A model generated the notes under the pieces. The model was not told the origin of the DNA and searched no databases. It saw nothing but the letters and a program-made list of their open reading frames with translations. A program made the translations under genes and the position numbers. DNA of 64,000 nt from an uncultured Bdellovibrionales bacterium. GTDB taxonomy: Bacteria > Patescibacteriota > Minisyncoccia > Moranbacterales > UBA2206. Of the stretch, positions 17,088-26,727 are shown piece after piece. The DNA lies in contig CAZIFD010000002.1 in NCBI GenBank assembly GCA_964538685.1, positions 13,255 through 77,254 on the forward strand, given 5' to 3'. How positions within the stretch are numbered: the stretch's first letter is position 1; each line of letters begins with the position of its first letter.

Positions 17088-17636
17088 TTATTTATAAAAC
17101 AACTCGTGATTTCTGAGTTCATTCTTTATTTCCAAATAATCTGGCATGAGTTTTTCAACCAGCGACCAGAACCTTCTGGAATGGTTAAATTCTTTTAAAT
17201 GGCATAACTCATGGACAATAATGTAGTCCTGTTGCTTTTTTGGCAGAAAAATAATTTTGTAGTTGAAATTGAGGTTCCTATTTTTAGAACAGCTACCCCA
17301 ACGAGTCTTGTGGTTTTTGATATTTAAAGCATTATATGAAAAAGCAAATTTTTTACTAAATACTTTGATGCGAGCAAGGACTAATTGAACTGCTTCGTCT
17401 TTATGCTTTAAATAGTCATCCTGAGAAAAAGTTCGGATAGCTTTGCTATCAATACTCTTAAAGAAATTTATTTTATCAGTCAGCCATTGTTTTTTGTCTG
17501 CAATGAATTTTTCAATTATTGTTTGATTTATTCCGAAAGGAGTAGTAATAACAACACTGCCATCACAATAAACAGCCAGTCGCATTCTTTTGGCTCTTTT
17601 GCTTTTCTTGATAATGTATTTCGGCTTTCTAATCAT
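17088..17636 (-). CDS. DUF45/YgjP-like (M48/WLM-type) metal-dependent hydrolase, the usual hsdR-downstream partner
   Basis: HELCHLKEFNHSRRFW (HExxH...H). Sits 5 bp downstream of hsdR, a common arrangement in Type I RM loci. Confidence 0.7.
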   Translation of the reverse strand: MIRKPKYIIKKSKRAKRMRLAVYCDGSVVITTPFGINQTIIEKFIADKKQWLTDKINFFKSIDSKAIRTFSQDDYLKHKDEAVQLVLARIKVFSKKFAFSYNALNIKNHKTRWGSCSKNRNLNFNYKIIFLPKKQQDYIIVHELCHLKEFNHSRRFWSLVEKLMPDYLEIKNELRNHELFYK

Positions 17637-17641
17637 ATTAC

Positions 17642-20557
17642 CTAAAATTTCTTTATGATAATATCCACAAGCCTATTCATGAATTTAGGAAAATCTTTCA
17701 CAGTAAACTTTTCCCTATAATCTCTCAGGATAAGCTCCTGTAGTGTTTGTTTTATGTCTTTGATAAACGTATCTCGCTTAGAAGATTCTTGCCATCCAGC
17801 ATCCGTATCATCTTCAATCCTTGCTCTCAGCTCTTTTACAAAATCTTTGATATCATTTTCTTGGGCATCGGAAATAAATTCTTGAGAAATAACATAAAGA
17901 GCATATTCTCTTAAATCCATCCCCAGATTTTTAGCTTCTTCTCCCTTTGTTTTAATATCTTTCATCAATTCTTCATAGCGTCGGATACGCTCTGCCAAAT
18001 CAATCTGATTCTGTTCAAATTCACGGCGAATTGCTCCAAGCCTTTCACTAAATTTCTGATACGCCGGATCCTCATCAAGATTGATAGAAATTTCTTGTTT
18101 CAGCATCTTTTCAAGATTGAGGGCTTTTTCCTCATCACCCATATCCTTTAGGCGTTCCAGCGTATAAAGCTCATTGACTTTAAGCTCACGAAAGTTTTTT
18201 GTGATACCCTCATAGTCTATAATATTACTTTCTCGAATAAGATTCTTAACTTTTTCTCCATACTCTTCCAACAAATAACGATCATCTTCACTACGAAAAT
18301 CTTTCAAAAATGCCAAATAGAAACTTGTTACCCATTCAAAAGGTCGAATATATTGTTTCAGGAACGGATCGGGAGAAAGAAATTCAAACAAGCTTTTTAG
18401 TTTGGCATATTTTTCGGCAAAATATTTTTGCTTGTCTTGATTGTCGATGAAAATCTTCAAACATCTGCGAAGATTATCCATTGAAGGATCTTCGATGTTA
18501 ACTCCTGTAAAAATTTTCATAACGTCGTTCATAACATCAGAAAATTTCGCCTTCACTCGTTCGATATCGATCATAGCCGAATCAATTACATCCTCGTCAA
18601 AGTCCAAAGCATTATAGAGATTTCTGGTAATTCCGTAATAATCAATGATTTTCCCAGCTTCCTTGTTTTTATAAACCCGATTCGTTCTGGCAATCGCCTG
18701 CAGGAGATTATGATCACGTAGGGGTTTATCAAGATACATCACTTGTTCAATTGGCGCATCAAAACCAGTTAACAACATATCGCACACAAGCAAAAACTTT
18801 AGAGATGAATTCGGATCTTTGAACTTTTCAATAATCTGCTCCCGCTCTTTTTTGCTGGTATTATAAATTTTCAAATCGTCAGCATCACTATTTGGATCCC
18901 CAGGAGAATACACAACCGCTGACCATTCTGCCGGAACGAGCTTGTCAAACAATTTTCTATAATCTGCCACCGCTTCGCGATCATAGGCAACTACCTGTGC
19001 CTTGAAACCATTTGGCTCAACATACAATTTATAATGCTCGACAATATCTCTTGCAACTGCCTCCATTCTTTTTGGAAGCTTTACTAATGCCGCCTTCTTG
19101 CCATATTTCTTTACCAATTCCGTCTTTTGTTTGTCAGACAAGTCACTCGCAATCTCATCGAATTGCTTATCTAGCTTCTCTTCATCAATGGAAAATTTAG
19201 AAAGACGTGCCTCGTAGGTAACTGGGATTGTCGCTCCATCATCAATGGCCTCTTGAATTGAGTAATAATCCAGATAGCGTTTTCCTTCACCTTCATAATT
19301 TCTGAAAGTGTTGGTATGAGTTTTATCTACTGGTGTGCCGGTAAACCCAAAGAAGAATGCTTTTTTGAAAGCATTTCTCATGTTTATTCCTGAAACTCCC
19401 TCATCTCCACGATGAGCCTCATCGGAAAGAATTATTACATTCTCATCCAAATTTTCGACTTCGTTGCCAAGCTCCGAAAACTTTTGAATAGTCGTGATAA
19501 ATATTCCGCGTTCCGGTGATTGTATTTTTTCTTCCAAGTCTTTTCGCGAGGTAACACGGACAATATTTTTTCCTCCGGCATTGGTAAAAGTATCAAATAT
19601 TTGTTGATCCAAGTCTACTCGATCCACCAAGATGAAGATTTTTGGATTTTGCAATAATTTATTAAAACGCAATTTCCAAGCCGTAAAAAACATTGTGAGA
19701 GTTTTTCCTGAACCTTGTGTGTGCCAAATAAGCCCTTGGTGTTTTTCCTTGTTCACTACACGATTAACAATCTTATTTGTGGCTCTTAGTTGTTGATAGC
19801 GAGCAATCTTTTTAACCAGTTTCTCTTTTTCTTTTTCAAACAAAATGAAATTTCCGACAATATCCAATAGATTAGGCTTGTTAAGTAGAACAAAGAGAGT
19901 CATTTCCAATTCCCCTCCCAGTTCTTTTTCCAAGTCCTCGTCTCGCCACTGTAAAAAGTATTGTTTTGGCGCATAAGTTGCTCCGTAAACAGTTTTTAGT
20001 CCGTCACTGGCAATATTAAAGCAGTTTGGGAAAAATAATTTGCGTGCCACTTTTTCATATCTTTTAATCTGATCAATTCCATTCTCAAAGGTCACACTTT
20101 CCGAAGCAGTTGGGCTCTTAGCTTCAATATCAACTAGCGGCAGACCATTTACAAAAATCATGACATCCGGTCGGATGTTTTCGGTGTCACCTTCGAAATA
20201 GAATTGATTAGTGGCAACAAAGTGATTATTTTCAGGATTTTCAAAATCAAGTAATTTATAATCCTGCATTTTTCCAGTCTTTGAACTTTTCAAGTTGATT
20301 CCTTCGCGCAAAGCCTTTAGAAATCCTTCATTAGTGTCAATTTTGTTTACTTCTCTAACTACACTGACAATCTCATCATCATTTGCGTCAGGATTATTTT
20401 TTTTGATTGCATTCTCAAGTAAGGACTTTATTATATATTCACTTTCAAGACTCCTAAGTTTTGAAAATTCTTCGGGTTTAATATATTCATAATCAAGTTT
20501 GTCTTTTATGAATTTGATTATGTAATTTTCAATTGTTACTTGTTCGTTAAATTTCAT
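17642..20557 (-). CDS. hsdR: Type I restriction enzyme R subunit
   Basis: N-terminal nuclease region. SF2 helicase motifs TQGSGKTLTM (motif I) and ILSDEAHRG (DEAH). 971 aa. Confidence 0.9.
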   Translation of the reverse strand: MKFNEQVTIENYIIKFIKDKLDYEYIKPEEFSKLRSLESEYIIKSLLENAIKKNNPDANDDEIVSVVREVNKIDTNEGFLKALREGINLKSSKTGKMQDYKLLDFENPENNHFVATNQFYFEGDTENIRPDVMIFVNGLPLVDIEAKSPTASESVTFENGIDQIKRYEKVARKLFFPNCFNIASDGLKTVYGATYAPKQYFLQWRDEDLEKELGGELEMTLFVLLNKPNLLDIVGNFILFEKEKEKLVKKIARYQQLRATNKIVNRVVNKEKHQGLIWHTQGSGKTLTMFFTAWKLRFNKLLQNPKIFILVDRVDLDQQIFDTFTNAGGKNIVRVTSRKDLEEKIQSPERGIFITTIQKFSELGNEVENLDENVIILSDEAHRGDEGVSGINMRNAFKKAFFFGFTGTPVDKTHTNTFRNYEGEGKRYLDYYSIQEAIDDGATIPVTYEARLSKFSIDEEKLDKQFDEIASDLSDKQKTELVKKYGKKAALVKLPKRMEAVARDIVEHYKLYVEPNGFKAQVVAYDREAVADYRKLFDKLVPAEWSAVVYSPGDPNSDADDLKIYNTSKKEREQIIEKFKDPNSSLKFLLVCDMLLTGFDAPIEQVMYLDKPLRDHNLLQAIARTNRVYKNKEAGKIIDYYGITRNLYNALDFDEDVIDSAMIDIERVKAKFSDVMNDVMKIFTGVNIEDPSMDNLRRCLKIFIDNQDKQKYFAEKYAKLKSLFEFLSPDPFLKQYIRPFEWVTSFYLAFLKDFRSEDDRYLLEEYGEKVKNLIRESNIIDYEGITKNFRELKVNELYTLERLKDMGDEEKALNLEKMLKQEISINLDEDPAYQKFSERLGAIRREFEQNQIDLAERIRRYEELMKDIKTKGEEAKNLGMDLREYALYVISQEFISDAQENDIKDFVKELRARIEDDTDAGWQESSKRDTFIKDIKQTLQELILRDYREKFTVKDFPKFMNRLVDIIIKKF

Positions 20558-20964
20558 AATTTTTTGCTTAAGAGAAAGTCGACTATTTCTAAGCCTTCAT
20601 TGTATTTATCGCAAATTTCTTCTTCCAATTTACTATAATCATCTTTTTCAATAATTGTATGCACTATATTATTTCTAAAATCAATATAACTATTAAGACT
20701 TTCGAATTCTTTTTTATTCAAATAACTAGAAACACGCGATTCACGTGCGGCTTGACCAAAATTTCTTGGTGCTTTTAATCCAACTATTTTGTTTTTCTTA
20801 TTGCATTCACAACTAAATTCCCGTATTAATCCCTCGATGACACTGGCCTGCAAAAGAAAAGCCTGTATAAATCTAGGTTCTTGATCTTCATCTGGAGCAA
20901 ATAAGAAGTCTCCTTGAGCTCTGTTTATTAGCAACTTTGCATTTTCAACAATTTCTTTTTTCAT
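20554..20964 (-). CDS. Hypothetical small protein with an HEPN-like Rx4H motif (DFRNNIVHT)
   Basis: 136 aa, typical HEPN size. Located between hsdS and hsdR. Overlaps hsdR by 4 bp. Confidence 0.35.
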   Translation of the reverse strand: MKKEIVENAKLLINRAQGDFLFAPDEDQEPRFIQAFLLQASVIEGLIREFSCECNKKNKIVGLKAPRNFGQAARESRVSSYLNKKEFESLNSYIDFRNNIVHTIIEKDDYSKLEEEICDKYNEGLEIVDFLLSKKL

Positions 20965-20966
20965 AT

Positions 20967-21260
20967 CTACTTTTTCAGCAGTCTGTTTCTAGGTGGTTTT
21001 TCTTGTTTAATAATTTTCTTTTCCAATATCTCAGCCTTTTCGACAGTTCCCGTTTCAATAACTCTAAAATTTGTACCACCTTTAAACTGACCTTTATGCT
21101 CGTAAACTCTATCTCCAAGACGACCCGCCTTTGCTTTTCCAACATAAAGCAACTCGTCTTTAGCATTTACTATTTTATACACACCAGCACTTTTACCAGA
21201 CAATTTTTCTACGTTTGTCTTGGTGATTTGTCTCTTTGGACTGAAGCTTTGTTTCTTCAT
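20967..21260 (-). CDS. Small standalone GIY-YIG nuclease-domain protein
   Basis: GVYKIVN...LLYVGKA...RLGDRVYEH...EKAEILEKKII...PPRN matches the GIY-YIG core (GIY, YIG, Arg, His/Glu, C-terminal E..LI..P.N). 97 aa. Confidence 0.7.
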   Translation of the reverse strand: MKKQSFSPKRQITKTNVEKLSGKSAGVYKIVNAKDELLYVGKAKAGRLGDRVYEHKGQFKGGTNFRVIETGTVEKAEILEKKIIKQEKPPRNRLLKK

Positions 21261-21347
21261 AGATTTTTTATTAATTTATTATTTACCCTAACTTCCCAAC
21301 TCAAAGATCTTGCGTCAGACCTTTTTTTGAGTTGAGCAGTTTAGATT

Positions 21348-22094
21348 TTAACTTTTAAATTTTTTTCTTATCATATTAAAAATTTTATCTGAAAATTTTT
21401 CAAAAGAATTTCTTGCCTCTTTATAGTCAGCCTCTTTCAGCTTAATCGGATCATTAATATTATATCTTTTTTTAATCTCTATATTCCTGATTTGCTTTAA
21501 AAACTTATCATCAATTATCGCTGCATTATGAATTATTACGTTTCGCAAAGCTTGATACTCAATAAGTTTATTCTTCAATTCATCTTCGACAATTAAATCA
21601 AGATGCAAATATTCTTTCAAGAAATTAATAGTGCTTTGTAAGTCTTGGAAATTATATTTTTCTCTTAAAGATGATCCGATTATCAAGCTGCCTATTGTTG
21701 GAGATGAATATTTTAAAATATTTGGATCAAAGCTAATTTGCTTTTTTTCCGGCCAATTAATTATATCAGGATAATTATCTATGATATTTTTAATCAAGTC
21801 GTTCATAAATGACTCGAATGTAGCAATTACTAAAACAACTGACTGGTTATAAATAATCTTGTATTTTTCAATCAATATGGGATGGTTTTTGATATTTCTT
21901 ATCTGATCAATAACGATATCTAATTTTTGCTTGTAGGGTAAAAAAGCAGACATCCTTTCGTTTTCTCTTTTTAGGTTTCCAAGCATTTCCAAAAGAATAT
22001 TTCCCGCGTCTGAGCCAATTTCGCTTAATTGATCAATTTGTTTAAGATTATTCTTAAAAGTTTCTAAAACATTATTGATTTTTTCCATATACAC
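21348..22094 (-). CDS. Hypothetical protein with an HEPN-like Rx4H motif (ALRNVIIHN)
   Basis: 248 aa. Overlaps the hsdS 3' end by 23 bp. No other recognisable domain. Confidence 0.35.
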   Translation of the reverse strand: MYMEKINNVLETFKNNLKQIDQLSEIGSDAGNILLEMLGNLKRENERMSAFLPYKQKLDIVIDQIRNIKNHPILIEKYKIIYNQSVVLVIATFESFMNDLIKNIIDNYPDIINWPEKKQISFDPNILKYSSPTIGSLIIGSSLREKYNFQDLQSTINFLKEYLHLDLIVEDELKNKLIEYQALRNVIIHNAAIIDDKFLKQIRNIEIKKRYNINDPIKLKEADYKEARNSFEKFSDKIFNMIRKKFKS

Positions 22095-23271
22095 TAATCC
22101 TCACTTTCCCACTCAAAAGATCCTGCGCCAGACCCTTTTTAAGTTGGGTAAGTTTAGATTTTAACTTTTTATTAATTGAAATTTTTTCATCAATGGCTGA
22201 AAGAATTTCTGCAATTTTATCTTGTTCATCTTTTTCCGGTTTCAAAATCAATAGGGGTCTAAGTTTTTCTAGGTTTATGTTTTTTTGTGCAGACTGGGTT
22301 GAAATCTTGTTTAAATAATCTTTCCTTGTCCTCAAAAAATACTCCAAAAAAACACTATTCATTTGATAATTGGAAGTTATTCCTACTAAGCTGTCAGGAA
22401 AACATGAATCAAATTCAAGTATTCCAGTATCTCCAATATTAGCGGCTATAGTTAAAACTATTGTTCCTTTCTTGAACATTCTGCTAACCTTTAATCCATT
22501 TTCATTTAGTGTTTGGCTATACTTTGTAATTTTACCATTTGAACCTATAACATCACCTGTTTGAATAAATGGAATATCACCGCCATAAAATCTTGCGTCA
22601 TTCCTTGGTCTATGAGAAAACTTACCCCTTTCAACCTGAGCAATTTCCTCTAATTTAACAACGTCCCATTCCTCCGGAATTTCACCAAGCTTAGTTTTTT
22701 TGAATTTTTTATGACCAATTCCGCGCGTAAAAAGATCCTGCATCAAACCTTTTTTCAGTTTCCCCGCTTTATCAATCACTTCTTGCGTTTTCAAAATATC
22801 CTCATCTACAGATCCAAGAATTTCAGCGATTTTTTGTTGCTCAGTTTTTGATTCTGGCATCCAAATATCAAGGTTTTGATACTGGGAAATATAATATCGT
22901 TTATGGTTTGCAATAGGAAATTTTATAAGATTTATTACTTCATAAATAAATTTCAGATCAGAACTTTGATCTTTGCATTTCAAAATTTTGATTGCCGACG
23001 ACTTTACCTTGAATGGAAAATCTACGAACTTGCTATCGGTAGTAAAATCGTCAAATATAATGACTGGAAAATCTTTATATATTCCAAAATCTTCATCGGT
23101 ATATCCCAAAATAAAAGATTTATTAGCAGTCAAGACAGGTGTTTTATTATTGGAATCATAATTTGTGCTTTTTACAATATACTTATCCGGCCTTTCATAA
23201 TCCAAAACGTCACTTATTTTTCTAAGTGTCCATCCTTGGGGAGTATTTTTTTGTGCAGTATTATTTTTCAT
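22072..23271 (-). CDS. hsdS: Type I restriction-modification specificity subunit
   Basis: Two target-recognition domains separated by conserved repeats (LKKGLMQDLFTRG ... LKKGLAQDLLSGKVRI). 399 aa. Confidence 0.8.
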   Translation of the reverse strand: MKNNTAQKNTPQGWTLRKISDVLDYERPDKYIVKSTNYDSNNKTPVLTANKSFILGYTDEDFGIYKDFPVIIFDDFTTDSKFVDFPFKVKSSAIKILKCKDQSSDLKFIYEVINLIKFPIANHKRYYISQYQNLDIWMPESKTEQQKIAEILGSVDEDILKTQEVIDKAGKLKKGLMQDLFTRGIGHKKFKKTKLGEIPEEWDVVKLEEIAQVERGKFSHRPRNDARFYGGDIPFIQTGDVIGSNGKITKYSQTLNENGLKVSRMFKKGTIVLTIAANIGDTGILEFDSCFPDSLVGITSNYQMNSVFLEYFLRTRKDYLNKISTQSAQKNINLEKLRPLLILKPEKDEQDKIAEILSAIDEKISINKKLKSKLTQLKKGLAQDLLSGKVRISVYGKNQ

Positions 23272-23275
23272 AATG

Positions 23276-24058
23276 TTATTGATTGTCTTGCGACCTTAAT
23301 GCTTCCGCAAGTTCTCCTGGGGAAAATATTTTTATTTTCAATCCGATATCGTCAAATTCCTTTTGGTTTTGATTGATTCTGTTTAAAATAGTTTCTTTAT
23401 CTAGTGTCAGAAAATAGTCTAGTTCAGATTTTTCTGCTTGAAAAATATGTTCCGCATCGTCAATATCGAAAAATGATTTTAGTCTTGAAAAAAGCGGGTT
23501 CTCCACACTACCTCCTCCTCCGAAAGTTGAAGTCCCGAAGGTAACTGAACCAAAACAGGCAGATGTATGCTCAATTAAATTTGCCGACGGCACATTAGTA
23601 ATCAAATTGCAAAAGAATAAAATTAAACCTTTCTTTTTTTCATCATCTATTTTTTGTATTTCTTCCTTGGCTTTGGATGAAGTAAAAAATTTTATTTCAT
23701 CCTTTTGATATCGTTCAGAAATCTCAGCTAATGATTGAATTTCTTTTTCTTTGACCCTAAAGTCATTTATCCTCGAAATAATATTTGTATCCAAATAAAC
23801 TTTTGGTGTATTATCAGTTTTTTCATATTCAATCTCAATATGTCCCAATCTGGAATGATCATAATAAATCGCATTAACAACCTTTAAAAAATTCTTTATG
23901 CCAGCAGAATTACTGTGTTCTAGAATGTCACCCTCGACTATGGGCAAGGTCACATCATTAATATAAATTTTGTTTTGCACGCTAGCTTTAATATTTTTTA
24001 TCCTGCTGGAATCTTTTTTTATTAAAACTAAATTGTCTGTCATGAAATGATCCATCAT
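23276..24058 (-). CDS. Two-domain protein: unknown N-terminal domain (~85 aa) + PIN-like nuclease domain
   Basis: VYLDTNIISRIN (PIN beta-1 with the first Asp), a later Glu, DIDDAEHIF and FLTLDK acidic positions. A Gly-rich linker (GTSTFGGGGS) is also present. Confidence 0.45.
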   Translation of the reverse strand: MMDHFMTDNLVLIKKDSSRIKNIKASVQNKIYINDVTLPIVEGDILEHSNSAGIKNFLKVVNAIYYDHSRLGHIEIEYEKTDNTPKVYLDTNIISRINDFRVKEKEIQSLAEISERYQKDEIKFFTSSKAKEEIQKIDDEKKKGLILFFCNLITNVPSANLIEHTSACFGSVTFGTSTFGGGGSVENPLFSRLKSFFDIDDAEHIFQAEKSELDYFLTLDKETILNRINQNQKEFDDIGLKIKIFSPGELAEALRSQDNQ

Positions 24059-24864
24059 ATATTTTTATTCCCATTTACTTTTTGAGCTATGTCTGCAATT
24101 GCCTTTTTAACTAAGGATTCTTTTTTATTCTTCACATCTTCCTCAATTTTCTGATCAAGAATAAGGATGATCGATAGCTTTAGGGCAGGAAAATAGGCAA
24201 GGCATTCCTCTTCACTTAATTCATGAACTCCTTTGCTTAAAATTCCATAAACTACTTTCATTTCCACCAACTGACTTGGGAGGTAATCTTTTAGAAAATC
24301 AACTTTTTCATCCATTCTTTTTTTCAAGAAATCATCATCAGAAATTCCTAACTTATCTTTATGCTCTTTATATGTATTCCAAATAACATTTTCAAAAATA
24401 CGTCTTAAATACACGAGAGATCCTGCTCCGGCGCCGTGTGCCATGAGGCCAATTGATTTTTTTAAGTCATGCAGATCCTGCTTGGGCAACACCTTATCAT
24501 ATTTTTTACCAAGTTCAGCAAACTGTATGTCAGCAATAGAAGGAAACTGTCCTACTTTCACAATGATTTCATTATTATCATACACGAAAAATCTTAGAAC
24601 ATCATTGCTTTTTCTTTTACAAGTTAAGGTAATTTTATAAAAATTATTAAAACTTGATTCATATTGTCCATTAACACGACAGGAGTAAATTTTGTATGTA
24701 GTATCAATTCCATTTGCTGCACTGTATGCATCTACATCACCTTCGTGAATATCCTCCTCTAATTGCTCTTTTTTTATAAAATCGTAAAGAGGAGTTTCAA
24801 AATAAAAGTCGTGCTTATTAACATTTTTTAATTCTTCTGCTGGCTGTTCTTTTTCTTCTGGCAT
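24055..24864 (-). CDS. Hypothetical protein (269 aa), translationally coupled to the downstream PIN gene by a 4-bp overlap
   Basis: No confident motif. The C-terminal half (LVYLRRIFENVIW ... SKGVHELSEEE) is faintly reminiscent of HEPN/DUF4145-type domains found in RM loci. Confidence 0.3.
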   Translation of the reverse strand: MPEEKEQPAEELKNVNKHDFYFETPLYDFIKKEQLEEDIHEGDVDAYSAANGIDTTYKIYSCRVNGQYESSFNNFYKITLTCKRKSNDVLRFFVYDNNEIIVKVGQFPSIADIQFAELGKKYDKVLPKQDLHDLKKSIGLMAHGAGAGSLVYLRRIFENVIWNTYKEHKDKLGISDDDFLKKRMDEKVDFLKDYLPSQLVEMKVVYGILSKGVHELSEEECLAYFPALKLSIILILDQKIEEDVKNKKESLVKKAIADIAQKVNGNKNI

Positions 24865-24890
24865 ATTTTTAGCAAATTAGTTTTTTAGAG

Positions 24891-26195
24891 TTATAGCAAA
24901 ACTACGGACTGTTTTGCTCGCGCAACACAAACCCCGTCTTTTATTGCATAGCATTCAGCATAATGTCTGCCTTTATATTTTGTGCTTTCGGGGACATTTC
25001 TTGTTTGATCACAAGTAATTTCTCCTCTTGGTTCCGTGCAATTGTCATCATTTTTTACCTTCCAATTGTAAGTACATCCATCTATGCGATGTAGTCTTTT
25101 GAATTTCAGGTATCTGCCAGAATCAATCACCCCTTGATTATTTAATGGCCTTTGGGTATTGCCAGCTTTATCTGTGATATCGGCAGATATAGAAAATTGA
25201 GAATATTGTGGGTCAGTAAAAGTTGGTATCTTTTTATCAAATAAATATTCCTCTGCAAGCGATTTTCTCTTATGCAGATTTACAGTCAACAAAAAATCAA
25301 TACTATCTTTTTCGTCCAAATTTTCAAGTTTTATCAAAAAATAATCTCGCACTTGTTTAATTTTCTCTTTTTGCTCTGGGGTAAATTTTTCAAGGTAATC
25401 ATCAATAAATTTATCGCCATTCGCCCTATCCTTTATTTGATTCGGATTGTTTATAATATCTGGCAAATCGACGAAAAATTTAAATATCGCATCGAATACG
25501 CATGTGTCAGAAAATTGTTGAAATAATTTTGTGATGACTTGCTCAAGATGAAACGACTTCAATTTCAATTTCTCATCGAAATCATTTAGGTTATTTTTCC
25601 ACTTTTTAACAAGTTTTACGACCTTCCTAAAGTCTTGATTTTGTCCCACCAGTGTAGCAACCTTGATATAGCCCCTAGGATCAGATTTTATCCAGTCATG
25701 AATATTATTAGAATCCCAAGTCATACTTTTTCTAAAATCATGATTTTTTTCTTTTAAAATCTCCGGAACCATATAGGTATCCTGCTGAAATTCGTTTTTC
25801 CCATAAGAATATGCAGGAACAATATCTACGGAAAATACTTCTTCATCATCTTTAGAATATATAACTGTAACTGAGTGAGCCTGTAGCGATGAACTTACAG
25901 TAAGACTTGTCGGATTCACATAATCACTATTAATTTGACTAAACAATTTTTTAAGCGTTTCCGATGGATCATGACTATTTTCACTCCATTGACCTAAAAT
26001 GTACAAAATATCAAGATCATGAATAGGCGTAATGGAAGTAAAGCGAGGATATGAACCAATTTGAATACAGTTATCTATTCCAAACAAATCATTAAATGAT
26101 TGATAAATTTTGTTTACCAAGTTCTGTTCAGAGGTACTCGGGGATAGACTCCTTGCAAACTCCCTCAATTTTGAATTGAATTTATCTTTTTTCAT
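24891..26195 (-). CDS. Pol-beta-superfamily nucleotidyltransferase of the CD-NTase/SMODS type (candidate CBASS-like cyclase)
   Basis: IGSYPRFTSITPIHDLDILYI matches the GS-x9-13-[DE]h[DE]h pattern. FSVDIVPAYSY matches the third acidic residue in an hDhhPa strand. Cys-rich C-terminal tail. 434 aa. Confidence 0.5.
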   Translation of the reverse strand: MKKDKFNSKLREFARSLSPSTSEQNLVNKIYQSFNDLFGIDNCIQIGSYPRFTSITPIHDLDILYILGQWSENSHDPSETLKKLFSQINSDYVNPTSLTVSSSLQAHSVTVIYSKDDEEVFSVDIVPAYSYGKNEFQQDTYMVPEILKEKNHDFRKSMTWDSNNIHDWIKSDPRGYIKVATLVGQNQDFRKVVKLVKKWKNNLNDFDEKLKLKSFHLEQVITKLFQQFSDTCVFDAIFKFFVDLPDIINNPNQIKDRANGDKFIDDYLEKFTPEQKEKIKQVRDYFLIKLENLDEKDSIDFLLTVNLHKRKSLAEEYLFDKKIPTFTDPQYSQFSISADITDKAGNTQRPLNNQGVIDSGRYLKFKRLHRIDGCTYNWKVKNDDNCTEPRGEITCDQTRNVPESTKYKGRHYAECYAIKDGVCVARAKQSVVLL

Positions 26196-26727
26196 AACTT
26201 GTGCTAAGCAAGGTAGTTATAATATCATTCATGAGGCGGCCGCGCATATTAACAACCGTGGTAAATTGTTCATTATTGATCGCTTTCATCATTTCCTTGG
26301 AAATAACATTTTCTGGCGGAGAGAATTCCGGAAAATAGAATATAAATCCTGTGGCAGCATTTTTATACGAAAGTATTTTTTTTATATCATCCTCGCTAAA
26401 GGATTGATAATGAACCAGCACTAGGCTCTCATTCTTTATTTTAGTTAATGATTGATTGGTGATTTGCTCAATATTTTTTTCTCTAAAAACCCCGGTATCA
26501 ATAAGATCAGTCTTAATATTTCTATAAGTCTCATCATTAGCCGCAATTTTTATTTTTCTGGTCCATCTGCCAAATCCAAGTCTTAAAAATAATGGGAAGA
26601 TGCCCATAGACCAACTTATAATTGCCCAAATAAATAATCCTATCGCAAAAATAGTTGTTAAAACACCAATAATGTCTATAAAAAGTTTAATAAAATTTAA
26701 CAAAGTCATAAATTTATTTGATCCCAA
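26182..26727 (-). CDS. Two-TM-helix membrane protein with a ~125-aa cytoplasmic domain (candidate Cap15/SLATT-like CBASS effector)
   Basis: Two N-terminal hydrophobic helices (LLNFIKLFIDIIGVLTTIFAIGLFIWAIISWSMGIFPLFL), then a soluble domain. Overlaps hsdM (14 bp) and the NTase gene (14 bp). Confidence 0.4.
   Translation of the reverse strand: MGSNKFMTLLNFIKLFIDIIGVLTTIFAIGLFIWAIISWSMGIFPLFLRLGFGRWTRKIKIAANDETYRNIKTDLIDTGVFREKNIEQITNQSLTKIKNESLVLVHYQSFSEDDIKKILSYKNAATGFIFYFPEFSPPENVISKEMMKAINNEQFTTVVNMRGRLMNDIITTLLSTSYEKR

Noticed and set aside
21867-23376. Several plus-strand ORFs (22370..22564, 22876..23376, 22973..23161) and minus ORF 20975..21166
   Set aside because: Antisense or frame-shifted overlaps within hsdS and the GIY-YIG gene. 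No motifs.
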